From the NCBI GenBank assembly GCA_977020255.1, contig CDROCS010000998.1, positions 186,001 through 250,000 on the forward strand: 64,000 bases of DNA, in the 5' to 3' direction. The position numbers and the translations under genes were made by a program. The notes under the pieces are model-generated. The model saw nothing but the letters and a program-made list of their open reading frames with translations. It did no database searches and had not been told where the DNA came from. Source of the stretch: Obrimoposthia wandeli (taxonomy: Eukaryota). Shown here in pieces: positions 38,938 through 48,088 of the stretch; position 1 is the first letter of the stretch; each line of letters opens with the position of its first letter.

Positions 38938-40170
38938 TTACCTCACCCTTAATTCGCATCCGTTATTTGTCAGTAATGTCGATAATATGGGGTCAATATG
39001 TGAGAAAAATTTCATCCACCCTTTGCAAAGATAGTTCAGACCAAACTCCCCATCATGGGTTTTTAATATTCTATTTTTGGGACATTCACCATGACAAGCA
39101 AACAAGTATTCACAGTGCTTACATTGGCTAGGCAACGCTTTTTGTTTTGCAAACCCAAAGTGCTGCTGATCAGCCGAAAAAGCAATACTAGAGAGTTCAC
39201 GCTCGTTTATATTACCGACTTTAAATTCTGGATAGACATAATGGTCACAGGCATAAACATCACCATTAGGCTCTACAGCTATTCCTTTCCCACAGATCTC
39301 ACTTAATGTACACATAGTGCTCGGTTTACCCATCCAAACACCGACAAAGTTTTCAAAATAAGGGATCAATACTTTGCCAAAGTCATGCTTAAACCATTCA
39401 TCGAATACAGCAATTAAAAATTTTCCCCATTGCTTAGATTCAACGCTCCAACTTTCAACCGCTCCCTGTACGGGAATAATGGATTGATGGCCATAATCCA
39501 ACCACTTTCCATTTGTAGGTGCTGATACTTTATCGACCACTGGAATAAATTGCATTTGTGGCGATTGTACTTCATCACGCAAGAATCGATACACAGCTAA
39601 GGGGTCATTACTTGTTATGTTATTCACACAAGTAAGTGTGGCGAAGTTAACACCATGCTTTTGTAATAGGCGTATCCCTCGCATTGTTTTCTTAAACGTA
39701 CCTCGTCCCGCTTTATTCGTTCTATATTGATTATGTAATGCTTCCGGCCCATCAATACTGACACCAACAATAAACTGATTACTCTGGAAAAATCGACACC
39801 ATTCATCAGTCAGCAAGGTTCCATTAGTTTGTAAATCATTACTGATGGTTGAGTATTCTGGGCAATATTCATTCTGCAAAGCGACAATTTTTTCAAAATA
39901 TTCGACACCTAATAGCGTAGGCTCTCCGCCATGCCAAGAAAAAATAATCTCAGGTGTATTTTGCCCTTCAATATACTGCTTAATATAAATTTCCAGCAGT
40001 TCATCACTCATAATAGGGAGATTTTTCGGCGAGTAATCAAGCAACCCTTGTTTTCCAAGATAATAGCAATATGTACAGTCAATATTACAAACAGCACCAA
40101 TGGGTTTTGCTAAAGCCTGAATTTTTCTATGCGCTTTACCATTAAATTGAGGAACAGAAATTGTAGTCAT
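38938..40170 (-). CDS. anaerobic sulfatase-maturating radical SAM enzyme (AtsB/ChuR type, SPASM)
   Basis: KPIGAVCNIDCTYC, WHGGEP, LQTNGTLL, SIDGP; SPASM Cys (C..C...C.GECPK). Confidence 0.95.
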   Translation of the reverse strand: MTTISVPQFNGKAHRKIQALAKPIGAVCNIDCTYCYYLGKQGLLDYSPKNLPIMSDELLEIYIKQYIEGQNTPEIIFSWHGGEPTLLGVEYFEKIVALQNEYCPEYSTISNDLQTNGTLLTDEWCRFFQSNQFIVGVSIDGPEALHNQYRTNKAGRGTFKKTMRGIRLLQKHGVNFATLTCVNNITSNDPLAVYRFLRDEVQSPQMQFIPVVDKVSAPTNGKWLDYGHQSIIPVQGAVESWSVESKQWGKFLIAVFDEWFKHDFGKVLIPYFENFVGVWMGKPSTMCTLSEICGKGIAVEPNGDVYACDHYVYPEFKVGNINERELSSIAFSADQQHFGFAKQKALPSQCKHCEYLFACHGECPKNRILKTHDGEFGLNYLCKGWMKFFSHIDPILSTLLTNNGCELRVR

Positions 40171-40216
40171 TAAATACCACCTTTATCTTTATTATCAGAA
40201 GGCTCAGTTAGAACAC

Positions 40217-40250
40217 AAAAAGGCAACGCTCTTATCACGTGCGTTGCCTT
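40217..40250 (-). terminator. hairpin/possible partial terminator between sulfatase and maturase
   Basis: AAGGCAACGC-11nt-GCGTTGCCTT with U-tract on minus strand. Confidence 0.55.
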
Positions 40251-40272
40251 ATTTTACGTCTTAGTAGACTCG

Positions 40273-42021
40273 CTATTTCACGTTTTCAAACGGATTCCAT
40301 TTCTCATCCACAGGGATAATATTTTGCTTTTCTACGTAAGCTTTATAATCTGCTAACATTTCATTAAATCGTTCTGGCTGTTTGCTTCGTAAATTATTCT
40401 GCTCTGCAGGATCTTGCTTGGTGTTATACAAGTGCCATTCATTGTCTCCCCCCATTCCCGTAGAGATACGAATAATTTTGTAGTCACCTTTTAGTAAGAT
40501 GCCACTACCAAACAACTCAAAAGGAATCGCGTTGTCTTCACTGTGAACTTCCTGAGTTTCACCCGCAAAGAAAGGTAATAAGCTCACACCACTCATGGGA
40601 GCAACCTTACGTCCTTGATATTCAGTGCCTGGATGCTGCACTTCAGCAATATCAAGAATCGTTGCTGCTATATCTTTAACTTGTGACATGCTGTTAGTTT
40701 GCGTGCCCGGCTTCAATGCGCCTTTCTGTTCTAACGCACCTTTCGCTGGCTTAACAATAAATGGAACACGAATGCCACCTTCTGCGGTATACGCTTTAAA
40801 CCAAGATAAACCGCCTGTTGAAGCACTTGCCCATTCAGGCCCAAGCGAGACGCTTGAATCTGCATTACCTAAATTTTCAGTAGAGTTTTCAAAGTGATGA
40901 GCTGTCCAAGTTCGAATTAAATCGCTGATGTTTTCGCCCGTAACATCTGCCGCTTCTGGTCCGTTATCAGCAAGGTAGATAACGTAAGTATTATCGTATT
41001 CACCGATCTCTTTTAGGTAAGCTGTAATTTGACCTATTTGTTGGTCTTGCAGCTCCATCATCCCCATGGCGACAGACATTTTTTTACCGTACCAAGCTTG
41101 TTCTTTTTCCGTTAAAGAATCCCAAGGTCGGCTTAACGAATTACGTTCAGAAATACTGGCTTGTTTGGGAATAACGCCCATTTGTTTCATTTTGTCGAAG
41201 CGTTCTTGCCGAATGCCATCCCATCCGTTTTCTACGTAATAATCAATTTTGTCTTGATAAGACGATTCGGGAGCCTGTAATGGTAAGTGAATCGCAGTAA
41301 ATGGCACGTAAGCGAAGAATGGTTTTCCATCATCTTTATTCTTATCAATCATCTTGATAATTTCATTGGTATAAATCTGATCCGAGTATTCACCTTTATA
41401 AACATCTTTGACGACTTGACCATTTCGGTAGGTAAATTCTTCTTCGACACCTGGAATTTCGCCTTTTTGTAGCGCTTCAGCGGTATTGGCATTTTTCGCA
41501 GGAAACATCATATTACGATTGAAGTGATTAGAGCCTCCAGCAAGAATGCCATAGCTTTCTTCAAACCCGCGGTCATCAGGTAAATATCCATCGTCATGAC
41601 CTAAATGCCATTTACCCGCTAGATACGTATGGTAGCCATTATCCTTTAGTAAGGTTGATACCGTTACCCCGCTCTTTGTTAGGTATCCTTCATAACCAGG
41701 CTTACCTATGGCATCAGGATAAACAGCATAATCAAATGTACCTAAACCAACTTCATGACTATTCGCACCGGTCAACATCATAGAACGTGTTACCGATGAA
41801 GTGGGTGATGCATGAAAGTTAGTAAATTTCACCCCTTCTTCAGCAAGTTCCATTAAGTTGGGCGTATTCACTTCAGAGCCGTAAGGCTGTGTATCTGCAA
41901 AACCGACATCATCCCCGACGATGACAAGAATATTTGGCTTATCTGCATTATCTGACGCATAAGCACCACCAGCAGTGGCAACCATTGCACTGAATACCAT
42001 TGATTTCTTGAATTTTTTCAT
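40273..42021 (-). CDS. atsA: periplasmic Ser-type arylsulfatase-family enzyme
   Basis: Signal peptide (AYA); KPNIL..GDDVG; PTSSVTRSMMLTG signature; GKWHLG; ADNG; WHLYN...DP.E. Confidence 0.9.
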   Translation of the reverse strand: MKKFKKSMVFSAMVATAGGAYASDNADKPNILVIVGDDVGFADTQPYGSEVNTPNLMELAEEGVKFTNFHASPTSSVTRSMMLTGANSHEVGLGTFDYAVYPDAIGKPGYEGYLTKSGVTVSTLLKDNGYHTYLAGKWHLGHDDGYLPDDRGFEESYGILAGGSNHFNRNMMFPAKNANTAEALQKGEIPGVEEEFTYRNGQVVKDVYKGEYSDQIYTNEIIKMIDKNKDDGKPFFAYVPFTAIHLPLQAPESSYQDKIDYYVENGWDGIRQERFDKMKQMGVIPKQASISERNSLSRPWDSLTEKEQAWYGKKMSVAMGMMELQDQQIGQITAYLKEIGEYDNTYVIYLADNGPEAADVTGENISDLIRTWTAHHFENSTENLGNADSSVSLGPEWASASTGGLSWFKAYTAEGGIRVPFIVKPAKGALEQKGALKPGTQTNSMSQVKDIAATILDIAEVQHPGTEYQGRKVAPMSGVSLLPFFAGETQEVHSEDNAIPFELFGSGILLKGDYKIIRISTGMGGDNEWHLYNTKQDPAEQNNLRSKQPERFNEMLADYKAYVEKQNIIPVDEKWNPFENVK

Positions 42022-42075
42022 AAGATTTCCTCTAATTATTTCTCAAAATTTTAATCGTGTTAAAGGCATGAATAA

Positions 42076-42507
42076 TTAGTGCGCGGCTTGTGACATCCAA
42101 TGCAGTAAATCGAGGGCTTTAGCGTGGTTTTGATTGGCTGCTTTTCCTAGCCATGCGACTGCTTGAGGGCGACTTTGTGTAACACCGGTTCCACTGGCGT
42201 ACATAAATGCTATCTGGATTTGTGCCTCTGGGTTACCGTTTAACGCCGCAACTTCAAACCATTGAGCGGCTTTCACTTCATCCTTTTCAAGCTCTTCACC
42301 AGATAAGTACATATGCCCAATTTTAATTCGAGCCGGATCATTTCCGTTATACGCCTGATTTAAATACGTTTGCACTTTCTTATTTTGGTACGGCTGAGTT
42401 TGAATTACGCTTTTGCTACTCACGATATCACTCGCCTTAACCTCGAATATGAATAGAGGTAGCAGCGCAACAGTTACTGTGATGACTGAATGTTTGAAAT
42501 TCATCAT
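42076..42507 (-). CDS. secreted Sel1-repeat (SLR) protein
   Basis: Signal peptide; G..Y..G...D..KA.QWF.VAA.NG...AQ..Y.SG.GV repeats. Confidence 0.88.
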   Translation of the reverse strand: MMNFKHSVITVTVALLPLFIFEVKASDIVSSKSVIQTQPYQNKKVQTYLNQAYNGNDPARIKIGHMYLSGEELEKDEVKAAQWFEVAALNGNPEAQIQIAFMYASGTGVTQSRPQAVAWLGKAANQNHAKALDLLHWMSQAAH

Positions 42508-42652
42508 TCACCCTCATATAAATGAAAGACAGCTAACTGCTCGTCTTTAATAAGCATTAGCGGATAAGCCTTAACCAACTCAATGGGATTAAGCAATAAA
42601 ATCCGTGGGTAAAAAGCCATCCTTGGCCAATCGCCTTTACATACCAATAACG

Positions 42653-43834
42653 TTAAAGGGCAGCTTCAATAATGCTGTCTATTTTCTCTTCTGATATTGG
42701 GTAGAACTGGAAACAAATATCTTTCTTAATCGCGTCTGAAATATCGGCTTTGATTACTTCGTTAATCTCCCAGCGGTCAAAACAGGTTATTGAACCAGTC
42801 TCTTTCTGAAATGCTTTTAAAAAAGCAACAACACGCTGGAATACCATTTCATTACTACCCGATGTATCAAGAGAAAATGCTTCTGCAAGTTTCTTGGCCT
42901 TAGGCAAGTAAAACTCAGGCAACGCTTCAATCACAAGAGGCATAAGTACCGTGTTTGCATCACCATGTGGAATATGGCAAATTGCGCCAAATGCATGGGC
43001 ACAATTGTGAATAGGAATGCCTCCTAAAGAGGAGTAAAACGCAGAAATAGCCATCGTACTTGCTTGCAGCAACTCAGCTCTTGCTGAAATATTATCAGGC
43101 TGATTAAGTACCTTCGGTAGGTTAGCAACAATCAGCTTTGCTGCTTGAATGCCATATGCATCAGTGAACGGATTACTCATCGGTGAAACAATCGCTTCAA
43201 CGGCATGTGTCAATGCATCCATTCCCGTCGAACGAGTAAGCGCAGCCGGTAATTTTGTCGTGAGCAATGGATCTAATACAGCGATATCAGACTCTAAACC
43301 CGACACGACCAAACTAGCTTTAATATTTTCTTGCTCATTAAAAAACACTGCTATTGGTGACGCTTCAGCTCCCGTACCTGCGGTCGTTGGAACTGCAATG
43401 TGAGGGATTTTAATATCTTCATTGTTTGGCCAAATTTCCATATGACCACCACCCGCGATAACCTCTCGGATATCGTTGATGTTTTTATGCATCGCGTATT
43501 TCACACCTTTTGAAGCATCAATTACGCTACCACCACCAACAGAAAGAATCGCATCGGCTTGAACATTACGGGTAAACTCGATGGCTGAATTGATATTGCG
43601 ACACGTTGCATCAGGTTCGATATCTGTATATATACCAGCAATTTCAATGTCCGTTTGGCCTGCAAAAACATCGACAAACTTTTCAACAAAACCTAACGAC
43701 TCCAGCCCTTTATCCGAAAATAAAACAATGCGTTTTGCTCCTAAACGACTAAAAAGAGCTGGAATATCTTGAATGCCATTTTCATGAGCATGAATCGTAG
43801 TTTTAAGATTAAAACTAAAGTTAGTTGTTGCCAT
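42653..43834 (-). CDS. iron-containing alcohol dehydrogenase (family III)
   Basis: GGGSVIDASK, PTTAGTGAE, GMDALTHAVE, HNCAH, HG.AN. Confidence 0.93.
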   Translation of the reverse strand: MATTNFSFNLKTTIHAHENGIQDIPALFSRLGAKRIVLFSDKGLESLGFVEKFVDVFAGQTDIEIAGIYTDIEPDATCRNINSAIEFTRNVQADAILSVGGGSVIDASKGVKYAMHKNINDIREVIAGGGHMEIWPNNEDIKIPHIAVPTTAGTGAEASPIAVFFNEQENIKASLVVSGLESDIAVLDPLLTTKLPAALTRSTGMDALTHAVEAIVSPMSNPFTDAYGIQAAKLIVANLPKVLNQPDNISARAELLQASTMAISAFYSSLGGIPIHNCAHAFGAICHIPHGDANTVLMPLVIEALPEFYLPKAKKLAEAFSLDTSGSNEMVFQRVVAFLKAFQKETGSITCFDRWEINEVIKADISDAIKKDICFQFYPISEEKIDSIIEAAL

Positions 43835-43865
43835 GTCGGTTTACCTCATTTGTTGTGATGACAAA

Positions 43866-43894
43866 ACAATAACACGAACAAACCGGTCGGTCTA
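43866..43894 (-). promoter_or_regulatory. second NemR-type operator overlapping promoter of the ADH-sulfatase operon
   Basis: Minus strand TAGACCGACCGGTTTG (43894-43879), 14/16 identical to the 37782 site; TAGACC-17nt-TATTGT with TGn. Confidence 0.65.
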
Positions 43895-44177
43895 GGTATT
43901 AAATGCTAGATTTGTAGACGGCAGAATTTAACGAAAGCGAAATGAAAACATTATTAATAAAGATATTAAGCATGATCTATTGACCCGAAGAATCATAAAA
44001 ATAAATACCTAGACTGATACGATTTCAAAAAATCAGTGTGTTGGGGTTTGCATGGAAGTAAATTCAGGTAAAAGAGAGAGCGACTAGTGAGGTAATGGTA
44101 CCTCACTGGTTATCGTTTTTATTTAAAATAAAAAAGCGACTTGCTGAGTATGTCGCTATGTATTTTCGTGACCAATT

Positions 44178-44750
44178 TTATTTCACAGCAAGCAGTGTCT
44201 CTTTCATCGCGTTATCTAGAATCGAACGATTACGTTGCATTGCAGCCATAAGCGTAGTGCCCAGCCATAAACCATAAAGCGTTCGAGAAAGGCCTTCTGG
44301 ATCCTCGATATGGAGCTCACCTGCTTTTCGCCCTTCATCAAAAAAGGATGCCATACGCTGAACTATCTTTTCCGTGCCTTCATTCATTACTGATTGCATT
44401 TTATTTGATGTGCCAGAAATTTCACCAGCCAGCTTTACCACTAGACATTTAATCTGAAAATCTTCCGTTAACTTCGATTCACACCAAAACTCGAAGTATG
44501 CTTTAATGCGATCTTGACGAGATATGGCGTCATTATTGAGGAAAGATTCAAGAGTACCGAGATGCTCTTCAAAATAATTAGCAAGAAGAATTTCGCCAAA
44601 ATGCTCTTTAGATTTGAAGTAATGATAAAAAGACCCTTTGGTTCCTTCGGCAACATTGATAATTTTCATCAAGCCTACACCAGAAAAACCGTGTTCATTG
44701 ATCAAATTAAAGCCGGCATCTAGCATAGCTTGTCGCATATCTTTCATCAT
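44178..44750 (-). CDS. TetR-family regulator, NemR-like
   Basis: G.TKGSFYHYFKSKE.FG HTH; CLVVKLAGE matches the NemR CLxVKL motif. Confidence 0.88.
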   Translation of the reverse strand: MMKDMRQAMLDAGFNLINEHGFSGVGLMKIINVAEGTKGSFYHYFKSKEHFGEILLANYFEEHLGTLESFLNNDAISRQDRIKAYFEFWCESKLTEDFQIKCLVVKLAGEISGTSNKMQSVMNEGTEKIVQRMASFFDEGRKAGELHIEDPEGLSRTLYGLWLGTTLMAAMQRNRSILDNAMKETLLAVK

Positions 44751-45055
44751 CGTTGACCTGTAATAAGTGGAATCAAAACAGTGTAACGGCTCACTATACC
44801 AACCGTCCAGTTTAGAGTAATAAGAGGCAATGATTAATCAATAGATAGAATTGATAACAAGAGGGCATCATAAAAATAATGATACTTTCACCGTAACCAT
44901 GACAATTCCATGACTATCAGTCTTTAATATGCAACGTTGAAATTAAAATATATTTTATAAATTATTTGAACGATGATTTATTAAACAGATATATTACATA
45001 TACGACAAGTAAGTGTATTTACCTTATCGTATATGAATTATGGGGAGTCACTCGC

Positions 45056-45448
45056 ATGCAAAAACGATTAGCCTTGGTTTTATCATTCTGTGTTCTAACT
45101 GCGGTTGGATGCTCACAAGAATCGACGCAAGCAACGACAGTACAAGAGAAAAGCATCAACCCACTGTGTAATACTAACGCTGGTATGGCAGGCGGTTGGC
45201 AAGATTCAGCTGTAACACCAGAAGCAACAGCGGCGGTAGACAATGTGTTAGCCATGATGAACACATCTGCACAACTATCCAAAATTTTGGATGTAAAAAC
45301 GCAAGTTGTGAACGGCATAAACTATGCGATTGATTTTGAGTTAGATAATGGTGAAGTGTGGAATACGCGTGTATACCGAAGCCTTAAGGGTGAATACACC
45401 ATGACACAACCAGCAGTACTTGGCAGCATGGCACAAGATTGTCAGTAA
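45056..45448 (+). CDS. cystatin-domain lipoprotein
   Basis: Lipobox TAVGC; AGGW N-terminal Gly motif; QVVNG (QxVxG) inhibitory loop. Track start 44966. Confidence 0.85.
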   Translation: MQKRLALVLSFCVLTAVGCSQESTQATTVQEKSINPLCNTNAGMAGGWQDSAVTPEATAAVDNVLAMMNTSAQLSKILDVKTQVVNGINYAIDFELDNGEVWNTRVYRSLKGEYTMTQPAVLGSMAQDCQ

Positions 45449-45577
45449 TTTTTAATCTACACGCTACAACGCAAGTAACAAAACACGCTAGTAAAAAGTC
45501 AGTGTTTTAGATTAATACCGATAAGGTCGCCTTAATGGCAACCTTACCGTTTTAAATACGACCTATAACGTAAAAGA

Positions 45578-46999
45578 CTAAAGTGACAATGTACCTGAAA
45601 TAATCAAATACAAGGCGGTAATAGCCCCTCCGACAACCATCGCAGCCAAAAGCTTTTCAATTGGACTAATAAGAAAACTTAGCCCACGTTCTTTTCTTGA
45701 ACGGAAGAAGAATGGTAATCCACACGAATAAAGTAATAGCGACAATAATAGATAATCTAAACCACCAGCATAGATCAGCCATAAACCGTAGGCAGAGCCA
45801 ATCGATGTCAATACCAGCAAAGATACTGCATGTTGTTTATTATTAATCGCGATCTTCAATCCAAAAACAGCACACAATAAGTATGGTATTAGTGCCATCG
45901 ATGAAGCTAGTTGAATCAAGATATTATAACCAGCATCATTAACATAATTAATGACTAAAAATAGCGAGATAAGGCTATTAGTCAGCCACATTGCATTGGC
46001 TGGTACTTGTTTGCTGTTAAGTTTACCAAAAATAGATGGCGCGGTATTTTTAGACCCTCTAGCTGCAAGAAAGAGCATTTCACTGGAAATCATTGTCCAC
46101 GCCAGTAATGCCCCACCAACAGAGACAATCAACCCGATATTAATCAGTACGCCTCCCCAAGGGCCAACTGCAAATTCAAGAACTTGCGCCATTGATGGGT
46201 TTTTCATTCCCGCAAGCTCTGCTTGTGGTACTACACCGAGTGAAAGTAAAGAAACACAGATAAGTAGAGTGATTGTAATAAGAAACCCTAAGATCGTTGC
46301 CCGGCTTACAACCTGCATATTTTGAGCGCGGGACGCATATACTGTGGCACACTCAATACCTAAAAATACCCACACAGTGTAAAGCATGGTGTTTTTAACC
46401 TGACTAGTCACAGAGCCAAGTTCAGGTGATCCCCAAAAATCAATTTGGAACGTTTCAATTTTAAATGCTAATGCAACGAGTAAGATAAATAACAGAATGG
46501 GAATTATTTTTGCGATAGTCACTATAATATTCAGTGTCGTTGCTGATTGAACACCGCGTAACACGAAAAAATGCAATACCCACAACGTAATGATGCCGCA
46601 AATCATAGCGGGAAATGTACTGCCATCACCAAAGAAGTCAAAAGCTTGAAATGAACCGAGTGCACTGTAAATGACGACAAGGTAACCAACGTTACCAACC
46701 CAAACCGAAATCCAATATCCCCATGCGGCATTGAAACCAAGGTAATCACCGAATCCCTCTCGAACGTAACCATAAACACCATCATCAATATCTGAACGGT
46801 TGATCGACAACCATTGAAATATTTTTGCCAAGGTTAACATACCAAAGAAAGTGATAATCCAAGCAATAATAATCGCGCCAGCTCCCGCACCTTCAGCCAT
46901 ATTTTGCGGCAGGCTGAAGATCCCACTACCAACAATCGCTCCAGTTACAAGAGCTGTCATTGCCAACAACCCTAATTTACTCTCACTGTGTCGAGCCAT
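45578..46999 (-). CDS. APC-family basic amino acid antiporter (ArcD-like)
   Basis: G.IVGSGIFSLP, GYISVW.GNV, WVFLGIE.A.V, 12-13 TM. Confidence 0.92.
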   Translation of the reverse strand: MARHSESKLGLLAMTALVTGAIVGSGIFSLPQNMAEGAGAGAIIIAWIITFFGMLTLAKIFQWLSINRSDIDDGVYGYVREGFGDYLGFNAAWGYWISVWVGNVGYLVVIYSALGSFQAFDFFGDGSTFPAMICGIITLWVLHFFVLRGVQSATTLNIIVTIAKIIPILLFILLVALAFKIETFQIDFWGSPELGSVTSQVKNTMLYTVWVFLGIECATVYASRAQNMQVVSRATILGFLITITLLICVSLLSLGVVPQAELAGMKNPSMAQVLEFAVGPWGGVLINIGLIVSVGGALLAWTMISSEMLFLAARGSKNTAPSIFGKLNSKQVPANAMWLTNSLISLFLVINYVNDAGYNILIQLASSMALIPYLLCAVFGLKIAINNKQHAVSLLVLTSIGSAYGLWLIYAGGLDYLLLSLLLYSCGLPFFFRSRKERGLSFLISPIEKLLAAMVVGGAITALYLIISGTLSL

Positions 47000-47013
47000 C
47001 TTTCTTCTCCCTT

Positions 47014-47037
47014 AAAAAGGGGCATCCTGCCCCCCTT
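47014..47037 (-). terminator. intercistronic hairpin with U-tract between ddaH and antiporter
   Basis: Minus strand AAAGGGGGCA-GGA-TGCCCCTTTTT. Confidence 0.5.
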
Positions 47038-47046
47038 TGTGATGAT

Positions 47047-47811
47047 CTAGAACCGTAATGACATACAGCTGACGCCGCCATCAACTTTTCGGTACTCTGA
47101 AGTATCGACAGTCACTACGTTATATCCCAGATCACGGATCTTGTTCTCAGAGATCGGATAGCCACTTGGCATAATGACGTTACCGTTCACCCAAATACAG
47201 TTAGCCGCGTAGCTTTCGTCTTCAGGAATTTCGATAATATTAAGGTGTGAGAATTCAGGCTTATCAACAAACTCACCGCATGCTAGCAAGTTGCCATCTT
47301 CAAGGTAGGCCAACCCAGTTTTCAGGTGTAAAACCTTTTCCATCGTGACTAAACGACCAGTTAGACCGTGTTTTTCAAGTATTGCTACCAATTGGCTAGC
47401 ACCTTCAGTATTCGTACGTGCCGACAGACCAATATAAAAGGTATCTCCGACCATCATGACATCGCCAGCATCAAGCGTACCAGGGGCTTCAATTCGCTCG
47501 ACGTTATCACCATAAAAACGACGAAGAGCTGGTTCAATTGAATCAATTTCCCCACGACGGCTATCCGCCCCCGGACGAGTCACGATACCGCAATGCTTGG
47601 TACACAACGCAGGGTCTTCAACAAAAACAGAATCTGGATAATTTTCGAGGGGAGGAAGTAGCAATATTTCAACACCGCACATTCTGAGCGCATCTAAATA
47701 GGCTAGATGCTGTTTCATCGCCAGCTCATAGTTTGGTTTACCATCATCTGCAGATGAAATACCATCGATAAGTGCTTTACAAGGGGTACGTGCAATAATG
47801 TAATTAAACAT
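47047..47811 (-). CDS. ddaH: N(G),N(G)-dimethylarginine dimethylaminohydrolase
   Basis: PDSVFVEDP (Glu/Asp), HLKTG (His), GGVSCMSLRF (Cys); close to the P. aeruginosa DDAH pattern. Confidence 0.93.
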   Translation of the reverse strand: MFNYIIARTPCKALIDGISSADDGKPNYELAMKQHLAYLDALRMCGVEILLLPPLENYPDSVFVEDPALCTKHCGIVTRPGADSRRGEIDSIEPALRRFYGDNVERIEAPGTLDAGDVMMVGDTFYIGLSARTNTEGASQLVAILEKHGLTGRLVTMEKVLHLKTGLAYLEDGNLLACGEFVDKPEFSHLNIIEIPEDESYAANCIWVNGNVIMPSGYPISENKIRDLGYNVVTVDTSEYRKVDGGVSCMSLRF

Positions 47812-47858
47812 AATCAGTCCTTTTATTATCCGTTTTTAACGCTAAGTAATTACTTATA

Positions 47859-47874
47859 AGCGAGAACTGTGCCA
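47859..47874 (-). promoter_or_regulatory. sigma54 -24/-12 promoter of ddaH
   Basis: Minus strand TGGCACAGTTCTCGCT, exact GG-N10-GC spacing, ~50 nt upstream of ATG. Confidence 0.8.
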
Positions 47875-47951
47875 AAATAAAATAAAACATATAAGTCATT
47901 AAAAATCAATGAGATATATTGAACAGCACAGAAAGATAACAATTAATGCTA

Positions 47952-47984
47952 TGCCGAAATATCGTCAGTGATGAAATTTCAGCA
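47952..47984. promoter_or_regulatory. tandem enhancer (UAS) sites for the sigma54 activator
   Basis: TGCCGAAATATCGTCA and TGATGAAATTTCAGCA, ~80-110 nt upstream of the -24 element. Confidence 0.65.
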
Positions 47985-48063
47985 CCTAATAAAAATGTTA
48001 TTGATTAATAAGATATTACTGTGAATCACTTCGCGATATTGGCCATAGAATAATGATTTAATA

Positions 48064-48079
48064 TGACGATATATCGTCA
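48064..48079. promoter_or_regulatory. perfect 16-bp palindrome just before activator start
   Basis: TGACGATATATCGTCA; same consensus as the 47952 sites. Confidence 0.65.
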
Positions 48080-48088
48080 GCTTGGAAC

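Noticed and set aside
3484-42021. A unified sulfur theme (tsdA, sulfotransferase, sulfatase)
   Set aside because: Three separate loci up to 40 kb apart with different regulatory contexts and no shared motif seen.
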